This document shows positions 55,604 to 64,000 of a stretch of DNA of 64,000 nt, in pieces (within the stretch, counting starts at the first letter, position 1; each line of letters opens with the position of its first letter). A program made the translations under genes and the position numbers. Under the pieces are notes generated by a model. It saw only the letters and a list, made by a program, of their open reading frames with translations, searched no databases and was not told the origin of the DNA. Source of the DNA: Elusimicrobiota bacterium (lineage in GTDB: Bacteria > Elusimicrobiota > Elusimicrobia > UBA1565 > JACRDR01); contig JBGFSC010000025.1 of the NCBI GenBank assembly GCA_041694815.1, positions 1 to 64,000 on the forward strand, read 5' to 3'.

Positions 55604-57498
55604 CCCCGGCGGCCGCGCCCGAATTGGAAAAGACCGCGACCATCGCCTTGGTCGGCGCTCCCAACAGCGGCAAGACCACGTTGTTCAACGGCATTACGGG
55701 CCTGCGCCAAAAGGTGGCGAATTATCCCGGCGTCACCGTCGAAAAGAAAGAGGGGTGGCTGAATTCCGGAGGGCGCTTGCTGCGCCTCCTGGATCTGCCC
55801 GGCATCTACAGCCTCGAGGCGCAGACCCCCGAAGAGCTCGTCGCCTGCTCGATACTCTCCCCGGGAAGCTCCTACGAACGAAGGCCGGACGCCCTCTTAG
55901 TCGTCCTGGATGGAAGCGCCTTGGAGCGCTCCCTGGCCCTGTTCGCCTCGCTAACCGCCCTGGGGCTTCCCATGGCCTGCGTCTTGACGATGTCCGACGA
56001 GATCAAGGCGCGCGGCGGAAGGCTTGACGAGGGCGCCCTCGCCGAAGCCCTCGGGGTGCCCGTCGCCGCCGTCGTCGGCCATCGGGGCATCGGATTGGAG
56101 GGCGTGCTGCGCATGGTCGACGGCTGGAAACGATGGCCCGTCGCCGCCGCGCTCGAGCAGCCGCCCAGCGCCGAAAGGCGCTACGGCTGGGCCATCGGCG
56201 TCTTGGCCCGGTCTTTCGGCGGGCGCATGAGCGAGGATTCCCTGACGCGGCGCATCGACCGCTGGGTGCTGCACCCCCTCGCCGGGCCGGCCCTGTTTTT
56301 GCTCGTCATGGGCCTTTTCTTCCAATCGATTTTTTCCTGGGCCCAGCCCCTCATGGAAGCCCTCTCCTCGGCGGTCGACGCGGCCGGCGTCATGGCCGCC
56401 GCCTTGCTTCCCGCCGGGATTTGGCGCGGGGCCGTGGTCGACGGGCTCATCCGCGGCGTCGGCTCGGTGGTGGTCTTCCTTCCCCAAATCATGATCCTGT
56501 TCTTCCTCTTATTCCTGCTCGAGGACGTCGGCTACATGCCGCGAGCGGCCTTCTTGATGGACCGCATCATGGGCTGGGCCGGCCTCCAAGGCCGCTGCTT
56601 CGTGGCGCTGCTTTCCTCCTACGCCTGCGCGGTTCCGGGCATCATGGCGACCCGCTCGATTCCCTCCCCCCAAGACCGGCTGGCGACCATACTCGTCGCG
56701 CCATTTATGACCTGCTCGGCCCGCCTGCCGGTTTACGCCTTGCTGATCGGGGCGTTCGTCCCGGACCGCCCGGTGCTGGGGCCGATGCGCTCCCAAGGGG
56801 TGGCGCTCTTGTCGCTCTACCTCATCGGGAGCGCCTCGGCCTTCGCGGCCGCCTGGCTGCTGCGCTCGAAACTGCTCATCGGCGACGCGACGCCCTTCTA
56901 CATCGAGCTGCCCCCCTATCGTTTCCCTTCGCTTAAGAGCGTCTCGCTCGCCATGCTGGACCGGGCGAAGTTGTTTTTGCGCCGCGCCGGCACGATGATA
57001 CTAGCCGCCAGCCTTGGCGTCTGGTTCCTGCTCCATTTTCCCCGGCCGCCGCAGATGGATTCCCTGAGCCCGGACGCCCGCATGCAGCATAGCCTCGCGG
57101 GGCGCATCGGGAAGGCACTGGAGCCGGTGTTCGCCCCGCTCGGCTTCGATTGGAGGATCAACGTGACGGTCTTGGGGTCGCTGGTCGCGCGCGAGATGGC
57201 GGTCTCGACCTTAGCACAGATCTACGCGGTCGAGGTCGAGCAAGGGGACGCCCCCCTCCGGCGCGTCCTGCGCGAAGGACGGGGCCCCGACGGTCGGGCC
57301 CTCATGACTCCCGCGACCGCCTTGGCCCTATTGGCCTTCTTCATCTACGCGCTGCAATGCACCTCGACGCTGGCCGTCATCCGAAGGGAAACCAACGGCT
57401 GGCGCTGGCCCGCCTTCGCCTTCGCCTATATGTTGGCCTGCGCCTGGATCGCCGGGAGCATCGCCTACCGCGTCGGCGCCGCCATGGGATGGAGCTGA
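55600..57498 (+). CDS. feoB: Ferrous iron transporter B
   Basis: GAPNSGKT, NYPGVTVE, DLPG, LEDVGYMPR, CSARLPVY. Confidence 0.93.
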   Translation: MTPAAAPELEKTATIALVGAPNSGKTTLFNGITGLRQKVANYPGVTVEKKEGWLNSGGRLLRLLDLPGIYSLEAQTPEELVACSILSPGSSYERRPDALLVVLDGSALERSLALFASLTALGLPMACVLTMSDEIKARGGRLDEGALAEALGVPVAAVVGHRGIGLEGVLRMVDGWKRWPVAAALEQPPSAERRYGWAIGVLARSFGGRMSEDSLTRRIDRWVLHPLAGPALFLLVMGLFFQSIFSWAQPLMEALSSAVDAAGVMAAALLPAGIWRGAVVDGLIRGVGSVVVFLPQIMILFFLLFLLEDVGYMPRAAFLMDRIMGWAGLQGRCFVALLSSYACAVPGIMATRSIPSPQDRLATILVAPFMTCSARLPVYALLIGAFVPDRPVLGPMRSQGVALLSLYLIGSASAFAAAWLLRSKLLIGDATPFYIELPPYRFPSLKSVSLAMLDRAKLFLRRAGTMILAASLGVWFLLHFPRPPQMDSLSPDARMQHSLAGRIGKALEPVFAPLGFDWRINVTVLGSLVAREMAVSTLAQIYAVEVEQGDAPLRRVLREGRGPDGRALMTPATALALLAFFIYALQCTSTLAVIRRETNGWRWPAFAFAYMLACAWIAGSIAYRVGAAMGWS

Positions 57499-57502
57499 TC
57501 GG

Positions 57503-57973
57503 ATGCCGGAATTGACCTATTTCGACCGCAATGGCCGGGCCGACTACGCCGAGCGCCTGCGCTCCGCCTTCCGGAAGCATCTCGAAAAAAACGGCCTCCG
57601 CCTGACCTCGCAGCGCCGCCGGATACTCGACTTCATGCTCCGCACGGAACGGCACGTCAGCCTCCAGGAGATTTACGAGGCGGTGCGCAAGTATGGCATC
57701 GGCCGCGTTACCGTTTTCCGCACGCTCAAAATGCTCGAGCAGGGGAGGCTGGCCGACCGCATCAGCAACGCGGCCGGGGGCTCGCGCTTCGAAATCAGGC
57801 TCGAACGCCCCCACCATGACCACCTCATCTGCATCGCCTGCGGAAGCATCCAAGAAGTCCGTTGGCCGCAGCTCGAACAAATCCAGGAGAAGGCCTGCCG
57901 AGACAGAGGATTCGAGATATCCTGGCACCGGCACGAGATATTCGGGCGCTGCAGCCGCTGCAGGCCACGCTGA
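57503..57973 (+). CDS. fur: Fur-family regulator
   Basis: LRLTSQR, TVFRTL, HHDHLICIACG, CSRC. Confidence 0.9.
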   Translation: MPELTYFDRNGRADYAERLRSAFRKHLEKNGLRLTSQRRRILDFMLRTERHVSLQEIYEAVRKYGIGRVTVFRTLKMLEQGRLADRISNAAGGSRFEIRLERPHHDHLICIACGSIQEVRWPQLEQIQEKACRDRGFEISWHRHEIFGRCSRCRPR

Positions 57974-58009
57974 CCCCCCGGCCCGGAAACGATTTTGTAT
58001 AATCGGCCG

Positions 58010-59215
58010 GTGCCGAACGCTTCCCGCGGCAAAAATATAGCCTTCCTGCTCTCGGCCGCGGGGATATGCTTTCCCTGGCTTCTCGCGCGCCTGGGAGGCG
58101 CCGCATTCCCCCAGCCGTGGGCCGTATTTATTCCCGGACTTTGCATCCTAGGTTCCGCCTTCCTGTTGACTTGGGCGGCCGAGGCCGCGGAGGTCGATAT
58201 CCCGCAAGGGATCGCCATCGCGCTCTTGGCGCTCATCGCCGTGCTTCCCGAGTACGCGGTCGACGTGTATTTCGCGTGGATGGCGGGCAAACAGCCCGAA
58301 TACACCGCCTACGCGACCGCCAACATGACCGGCGCCAACCGCCTCCTCATCGGCGTAGGCTGGCCCTCCGTGCTGGCGGCCTCCTGGTGGAAATACGGCA
58401 AGCGCGCCATCCACATCAGCCAAGCCAACGCGGTGGAGCTCGTCACCTTGCTGGCCGCCACCCTCTACGCCTTCGCCATCCCGCTTAAATCCACCCTCTC
58501 GCTCGTCGATACCGCGATCTTCTTCCTGTTCTTCTGCCTATACGCGTACCGTTCGGCGCAGAGCCACGGCGAGCCGCCCGAGCTCGAGGGCCCGGCGGAG
58601 CTCATCGGACGCATGCCGACCGCCCAAAGGCGCGCGGCGATCATCGCGATGTTCCTCTTCGCGGCCGTCGCGATCTGCCTGTCCGCCGAACCCTTTGCCG
58701 AGGGCATACTGGACGCGGGGCGGCATTGGGGCATCGAGGAGTTCATCCTCGTGCAATGGCTCGCCCCGCTCGCCTCGGAGGCTCCGGAGTTCATCGTGGC
58801 GCTTCTGTTCGCGCTCAAAGGGAAGGCGGCGACGGCGCTGCGCGCCCTGGTTTCCTCGAAGGTCAACCAATGGACGCTGCTGGTCGGCATGCTTCCCTTG
58901 GCCTTCTCGCTATCGAGCCAAAGCCTGGCTCCGATGGCCTTAGACGCCCGGCAGACGGAGGAGATATTCCTGACGGCCGCTCAATCGCTGTTTGCCCTCG
59001 CCGCGCTCATGAACCTGGAGTTCACGATCAAGGAAGCGGTGGCCCTTTTCGGCCTCTTTACGATCCAGCTGGTCTTCCAAAGCCCTCAAGCCCGATTTTT
59101 GTTCGCCGGCTTTTACCTCGCCGGGACCGCGCTGCTTCTGGCGACGCAGCGCCAGCGCTTGAGCCGCCTGCGCGAGCTGGTGCTCTACGCCGTAAAACGC
59201 CAGAATGAGTTATAA
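58010..59215 (+). CDS. Na+/Ca2+ exchanger (CaCA family)
   Basis: IAVLPEYAVD, ANMTGANRLL, PLASEAPE, SSKVNQWTLL; GTG 6 nt after TATAAT. Confidence 0.87.
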   Translation: MPNASRGKNIAFLLSAAGICFPWLLARLGGAAFPQPWAVFIPGLCILGSAFLLTWAAEAAEVDIPQGIAIALLALIAVLPEYAVDVYFAWMAGKQPEYTAYATANMTGANRLLIGVGWPSVLAASWWKYGKRAIHISQANAVELVTLLAATLYAFAIPLKSTLSLVDTAIFFLFFCLYAYRSAQSHGEPPELEGPAELIGRMPTAQRRAAIIAMFLFAAVAICLSAEPFAEGILDAGRHWGIEEFILVQWLAPLASEAPEFIVALLFALKGKAATALRALVSSKVNQWTLLVGMLPLAFSLSSQSLAPMALDARQTEEIFLTAAQSLFALAALMNLEFTIKEAVALFGLFTIQLVFQSPQARFLFAGFYLAGTALLLATQRQRLSRLRELVLYAVKRQNEL

Positions 59216-59228
59216 TTTAATCCCTAAC

Positions 59229-59300
59229 GCGCCCATAGCTCAAAGGATAGAGTGTTGGCCTGCGAAGCCGAAGATCCAGGTTCGATTCCTGGTGGGCGCA
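59229..59300 (+). tRNA. tRNA-Arg(GCG), CCA not encoded
   Basis: Acceptor stem GCGCCCA/TGGGCGC; D-arm; anticodon arm TTGGC-CTGCGAA-GCCGA; T-arm CCAGG-TTCGATT-CCTGG. Confidence 0.93.
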
Positions 59301-59496
59301 ATTCTTTTCTTGCGGAATCGCCACGCCTCGCTCGGCCGCCCAGCGGCAGAACCGTAGGCCTCCGTCCGAGATTCCGCTAAAAATAACTGTTGTAATAATG
59401 TCCACGATATGTAATAATAAAAAGGCTTGACCAACGCCGCGCGCCGGTACTAGACTACATCGACTCCACATCCCGCAAAAAGGAAACGGCAAAAAC

Positions 59497-60156
59497 ATGG
59501 ACCAGAAAACCTTCACGACGTTCCAAGTCGCAAAGATCGCGGCGGTATTTCCAACGACCGTCATCAACTGGATCAATAAGGGAAAGCTGCCCGCGCATCG
59601 CACGCCCGGCGGTCACCGTCGCGTGCAGCTCGCCGACCTGCTGGCCTTCCTGCGCAAGTACAACATGCCCATCCCCGCCGGCCTCGACACCGGCGTCTGG
59701 GAGCGCAAGAAGGTGCTCGTCGTCGATGACGACCCGGTGGTCGGCACGATGTTGCGCAAGGCCTTCGGCAAATACCCCGAATTCTTCGACGCCCGGGAAG
59801 TTAGGGACGGCGTCGAGGCCCTGGTCCTCATCGGAAAATGGATGCCCGACCTGGTCATTCTCGACGCCGTGATGCCGGTCGTAGACGGGATGAGGGTCTG
59901 CGCCTCGCTGAAGGCGGACCCGCAGACTAGCGGCATCAAGATCATCGCCGTCACGGGCAAGAAGCTCTCCGACTCCCAACGACAGTACCTCCAGTCCAAC
60001 ACCGATGGGTATTTCAGCAAGCCGCTCGATCTCCTTCAATTGCTCGGCACCGCCGCCAGACTACTCAAACTACCAGAGGACCGCATCCATCATGACACCC
60101 CCCGAGTTCGAAAAGACCACCGCCATAAAGCTGCTTCTCAAGTATCTTCAAGCTGA
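59497..60156 (+). CDS. Response regulator with an N-terminal excisionase-like HTH
   Basis: FTTFQVAK..TVINWINKGKL..RTPGGHRR; VLVVDDD, ILDAVMP, SKP. Confidence 0.88.
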   Translation: MDQKTFTTFQVAKIAAVFPTTVINWINKGKLPAHRTPGGHRRVQLADLLAFLRKYNMPIPAGLDTGVWERKKVLVVDDDPVVGTMLRKAFGKYPEFFDAREVRDGVEALVLIGKWMPDLVILDAVMPVVDGMRVCASLKADPQTSGIKIIAVTGKKLSDSQRQYLQSNTDGYFSKPLDLLQLLGTAARLLKLPEDRIHHDTPRVRKDHRHKAASQVSSS

Positions 60157-61846
60157 GAACGTCGAGTATATTTTCGGGGTCCCCGGCGGACCCTTGATGC
60201 CGCTTTACGAGGCGATGTTCGACCTAGGCTCGCCTCGTCCGGTGCTCGCCAAGCACGAGCAAGGCGCGGCCTTCATGGCGGATGGCTACGCCCGCGTCTC
60301 GGGAAAACTGGGTGTCTGCTGCGCCACCACGGGGCCCGGGGCAATCAACCTGATGACGGGCGTGGCGAGCGCGTACGCCGACTCCATCCCGATGCTCGTC
60401 TTGACCGCGCAGATCGCCACCGGAGCCTTCGCCAAGGGCGCCGTGCAGGAAAGCACGTCGCACGGCGTCGACATCGTCGAGATGTTCAAGCCCATCACCA
60501 AGATGAGCACGATGCTCGTCAGCAGCGAGAAGATGCCAGACATGATTCGATTAGCGATCCGCACGGCGATGACGGGGCGTCGCGGCCCGGTCCACCTTAA
60601 CCTTCCGGCCGACCTGGTCAAACGCCTGGTCAAGGCCCACGTCGTCCCGCCTGCCCATTACCACGCCTCGGCGGCCCCCTTTGACCGCGAGGCGGTCAAG
60701 CTCGCCGCCCGGAGACTGCTCAAGGCCAAGCGGCCGGGCTTGCTCTTGGGCAGCGGTGTCAATCTCTCGCGGGCTCACGCCGAGGCCAGGGCCATCGCCG
60801 AACGGCTTTCCATCCCGGTCGCGACCTCGCCGAAGGCCAAAGGCGCCTTTCCCGAGGATCATGTCCTCTCGATGGGGGTATTGGGATTCGCCGGTTCTCC
60901 CCGCGCCGACGCCTATTTCATGGGCGGGGAGGTCGACGTGCTGCTCGTCGTGGGAAGCAGCCTGGGTGAGTTCTCGACGCATACCTGGGACGCCAAATTG
61001 CAGCCCTCCTCGGCCTTGATCCACATCGACATCGACCCCAAGGAGATCGGCAAGAACTACCCGACGGCCATCGGCATCGTCGGCGACGCCAAGGCGAGCC
61101 TCAAGGAATTGGGATTCCAGATCGAGCGGGAAATCCGCTGGCTGGAGCAATTTTCCCCGCCCTCGCCGGATTCCATCCGCGAATTCAAGGAACGCCACCC
61201 GCGTTGTCTCAAGCCTGAGCTGTTGCTCTCCGACGCGGTTCCCATCAAGCCCCAGCGCTTGATCCACGAGATGCGCCAATGGCTGCCGGAGGATACCCTC
61301 TTGTTCGTCGATATCGGCAACTGCATCGCCTGGTCCGTCCATTATTTCCCGATCACCGTGCCCGGAAGCTTCCAGCTCAACCTCGGCATGGCGTCGATGG
61401 GGCACGCGGTCGCGGCCGCGGTGGGAGCCAAGCTCGCCGCGCCCGAACGGCCGGTGGTCGCCTTCGTGGGCGACGCCGCCTTCGCGATGAACGGCATGGA
61501 GATTCATACCGCCGTCGATCACAGCGTTCCGGTGGTATGGGTCGTGGCCAACAACGGATGCCACGGCATGGTCTACCATGGGGAGCGAGCGCAATTCGGC
61601 GGCAAATTCGTCTCCTCGAAGTTCCGCAAGCCCCTGGATATCGCCGCTATCGCGGAAGGCATGGGTGCCCTCGCCCTGCGGGCCGAAAAGCCCGAAGACC
61701 TTCCCAAAGCCTTTAAAACCGCCCTCGGGACCGGGCGCCCCGTCGTCATCGACGCCCGCATCGATCCCGAGGAATCCCCGCCCATGCGCCTACGCATCGA
61801 GGCTCTGGATAAATTCTTCGCCGGCTCCGTTGAGGCGGTCGCTTAG
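60092..61846 (+). CDS. Thiamine-diphosphate-dependent enzyme (acetolactate synthase-like)
   Basis: IFGVPGG, KHEQGAAFMADGYAR, TTGPGA, GDAAFAMNG..NN. Confidence 0.9.
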   Translation: MTPPEFEKTTAIKLLLKYLQAENVEYIFGVPGGPLMPLYEAMFDLGSPRPVLAKHEQGAAFMADGYARVSGKLGVCCATTGPGAINLMTGVASAYADSIPMLVLTAQIATGAFAKGAVQESTSHGVDIVEMFKPITKMSTMLVSSEKMPDMIRLAIRTAMTGRRGPVHLNLPADLVKRLVKAHVVPPAHYHASAAPFDREAVKLAARRLLKAKRPGLLLGSGVNLSRAHAEARAIAERLSIPVATSPKAKGAFPEDHVLSMGVLGFAGSPRADAYFMGGEVDVLLVVGSSLGEFSTHTWDAKLQPSSALIHIDIDPKEIGKNYPTAIGIVGDAKASLKELGFQIEREIRWLEQFSPPSPDSIREFKERHPRCLKPELLLSDAVPIKPQRLIHEMRQWLPEDTLLFVDIGNCIAWSVHYFPITVPGSFQLNLGMASMGHAVAAAVGAKLAAPERPVVAFVGDAAFAMNGMEIHTAVDHSVPVVWVVANNGCHGMVYHGERAQFGGKFVSSKFRKPLDIAAIAEGMGALALRAEKPEDLPKAFKTALGTGRPVVIDARIDPEESPPMRLRIEALDKFFAGSVEAVA

Positions 61847-61873
61847 CTTCTTCCCCCCGCGGCGCCCTCGTCC

Positions 61874-63349
61874 ATGATTAAAGTCTGCCTGGCCCTCCTA
61901 TTGGCGATGCCGGCCGCCGCCGAGCAAAAACAAAAGCTCGTCGTCTGCGACGACGTACGCGATCCGCTGACCCTGGATCCGCACAAGCAATTTTCCGAGA
62001 AGAACCACACCATCGTCCAGCAGATATACGAAGGCCTTGTCCGCTTCGGGCCCAATGGCGAGATCCAGCCCACCTTGGCCGTTTCCTGGAAGAGGATGGA
62101 CCCGCTGCGCATGCGCTTCAAGCTTAGGCCCGGCGTGCGCTTCCACAACGGCGAGCCCTTCGACGCGGAAGCGGTTCGGTTTTCCCTACAACGCTATCAA
62201 GACCCCGCCACCGGCTTTCCGGGCCTCGGCTTTATTCAGTCTCTAGAAACCGTCAAGATCATAGACCCTTTGACCATCGATATTGTCACGCGGATACCCG
62301 ACGGCCTCCTACTCAACCGCCTCGCCTGGCATATGCTCGTCGTACCACCAAGCTACGTCCAAGGCGGTCCGCCGGAGCTGCTTAGCGAGCGACCCGTCGG
62401 AACGGGGCCCTTTCGATTCCAGCGATGGGACCGGGGGACCTCGATCGTCCTGGAGGCCAATCCGGATTACTGGGAACACGACGTTCCTAAACTGAAATCC
62501 CTAGTCTTTAGATTCCTACCGGAAGAACAGCAATCTTCCGCTCTCTTTAATGGAGAGGTGGATTTGCTCACCAATCTTCCAGGCACGCGAACCCTCGCCG
62601 TAAAACAGCATCCGCAACTCCAATTAATCAAGAAACCTATTTATTACACGACGGGAGCCTGCCTTAGGACCACGGATGGCCCTTTAGCCGACAAACGCGT
62701 GCGCAAGGCCCTCAATTACGCCCTCAACAAGAGCGACCTGGTTCGATACGACGTTCTCGGCAATGGCGAGCCCTTGGGTGCCCTGACCTTCCCGGGAGAA
62801 TTCGGCCATAATCCCTCGATCAAGCCGTACGCGTATGATCCGGCCAAGGCGCGCCGCCTGCTCAAGGAAGCCGGCTATGCCAGCGGTTTTACTCTGAAAA
62901 CCTTCCTAAAGGTGAACGCGGAACGGACGGGACGCATCATCGCCTCGCAACTCAAAAAGCTAGGGGTCATTCTCGACATCACCTTAGTTCCGGACGCGCT
63001 GCTAGTGGAATATCTGGGGCGGGAGAAATGGGATATGATCATCGGCGATGTGCCTGATCCCATGTTGCACCCGTTCTTTATTCAAGGGATATTCATCTAC
63101 TCCAAGTCCCCTTTCGCTCTGACCCGCGATAAGGCTTACGATGAGTTGCTCGAAAAAATGTCCCAGACTCTCGACCCAAATACCCAAGAAAAACTCTGCC
63201 ATGCCTTAGATAAATATGTTCATGACGAAGCCCTGAGCCTCTTCACGTACCAGCGGATCGGCACGTACGCGCTGCGCCGCGGCATTCGCTTCGTCCCGTA
63301 TGTTTCGGGCATGCCTTACTTCTTCAATGTCACATGGGAGACACTGTGA
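61874..63349 (+). CDS. Family 5 ABC substrate-binding protein
   Basis: TLDP, IYEGLV, LAVSW, FKLRPGVRFHNGEPF, VGTGPF, VRKALNYA. Confidence 0.9.
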   Translation: MIKVCLALLLAMPAAAEQKQKLVVCDDVRDPLTLDPHKQFSEKNHTIVQQIYEGLVRFGPNGEIQPTLAVSWKRMDPLRMRFKLRPGVRFHNGEPFDAEAVRFSLQRYQDPATGFPGLGFIQSLETVKIIDPLTIDIVTRIPDGLLLNRLAWHMLVVPPSYVQGGPPELLSERPVGTGPFRFQRWDRGTSIVLEANPDYWEHDVPKLKSLVFRFLPEEQQSSALFNGEVDLLTNLPGTRTLAVKQHPQLQLIKKPIYYTTGACLRTTDGPLADKRVRKALNYALNKSDLVRYDVLGNGEPLGALTFPGEFGHNPSIKPYAYDPAKARRLLKEAGYASGFTLKTFLKVNAERTGRIIASQLKKLGVILDITLVPDALLVEYLGREKWDMIIGDVPDPMLHPFFIQGIFIYSKSPFALTRDKAYDELLEKMSQTLDPNTQEKLCHALDKYVHDEALSLFTYQRIGTYALRRGIRFVPYVSGMPYFFNVTWETL

Positions 63350-63714
63350 AACCCCGAAAAGCCGCGATATCGAGACTGACTCAATTTTCCCGCTCTTATT
63401 TTGGAGCGCTTGAGATCCGCCAGCTCAACGGGGACAAACCCTTCGGCCGCACCTCCGTAATTCACGAACATATGCCGCCCGGCTGCCGGCTTCCCAATAT
63501 TTTCCACAGACGCACCGAGGAACTCATTGTGATACTTCGCGGACGCGTCGTTGGCGTGCTAAACGGGCGCCGCGTGATCCTGAGGGAAGGCCATGTCGTG
63601 CGCCTTCCGCCCGGGACTCGGCATCAATTCAGTACCGGCAAGAAGGGCGCCGACTGTATTTCCATTTTCACGCCGCCGCTCTCGTTTAGGAAATTGGACG
63701 TCGTGAAAGCATGA
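63346..63714 (+). CDS. Cupin-domain protein
   Basis: FHRRTEE..ILRG, LPPGTRH; GTGA overlap. Confidence 0.78.
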   Translation: MKPRKAAISRLTQFSRSYFGALEIRQLNGDKPFGRTSVIHEHMPPGCRLPNIFHRRTEELIVILRGRVVGVLNGRRVILREGHVVRLPPGTRHQFSTGKKGADCISIFTPPLSFRKLDVVKA

Positions 63715-64000
63715 CGATCAATCGAGGCATCAACCTCAACTGGTTCGACAAATCCATCGCGCGAAAGTTAGGGCGGCGCGTCATCCCGGCAACCCTACTC
63801 ATCATGCTGGCGGTGCAGGTTCTCTCCTACCAGCTGCTCAAGCAAGAGATACTTCAAGGCCTCGAAAAAGAACTCCACTTGACGGGAGTACAGTACTCCC
63901 GCGTCCTCATGGATTTATTTCGCCGTTTCTCCAACGATTTAGAAACCCTAGCGGAAAGCCCGCTGATCCCGGACTATTACAACAATGTGGAATACCAGCT
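63711..64000 (+). CDS. Partial membrane sensor (TM segment plus the start of a Cache-like domain), cut by the window end
   Basis: MTINRG..IARKLGRRVIPATLLIMLAVQVLSYQ..NDLETLAESPLI, open to the end; ATGA overlap. Confidence 0.6.
   Translation, partial: MTINRGINLNWFDKSIARKLGRRVIPATLLIMLAVQVLSYQLLKQEILQGLEKELHLTGVQYSRVLMDLFRRFSNDLETLAESPLIPDYYNNVEYQ

Noticed and set aside
59497..59670. Excisionase of a prophage at tRNA-Arg
   Set aside because: The HTH is fused to a receiver domain, a common regulator architecture, and no integrase is adjacent.

Overview
High-GC bacterial chromosomal window with about 55 protein genes and one tRNA gene. I found no CRISPR array, integrase, transposase or reverse transcriptase. 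The gene content fits a diderm organism outside Bacteroidota, and Elusimicrobiota is my guess (inference, not verified). Housekeeping-type genes: lptF/lptG, comF, three nucleotide-sugar enzymes, bcp, an EF-P-family gene, FKBP PPIase, htpX, a D-Ala-D-Ala dipeptidase with an Ala-Glu epimerase, TlpA/DsbA, feoAB-fur and a Na+/Ca2+ exchanger. The most notable observations are: (1) a type IX secretion (T9SS)-like set: a 1829-aa SprA-like barrel, two PorV-like proteins each paired with a large CTD/FlgD-tailed cargo, and a two-component system interleaved with them; (2) two perfect, loop-less 50-bp palindromes bracketing the sprA-like gene; (3) a 9-codon ORF (MGPKTPCGC) with a perfect Shine-Dalgarno, co-transcribed with an apparently autoregulated Cys-rich TetR gene and followed by a terminator; (4) many -10 boxes only 6-7 nt before start codons, suggesting widespread leaderless mRNAs; (5) a shared upstream motif and a shared C-terminal AEERFK tag on unrelated secreted proteins; (6) an integrase-less 2.7-kb island bounded by a mosaic duplication of a ferredoxin 3' end; (7) tRNA-Arg(GCG); (8) an operon of three exported FGE-sulfatase-fold paralogues with an exported kinase-like protein. 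All product calls come from motif recognition by eye, without database searches.
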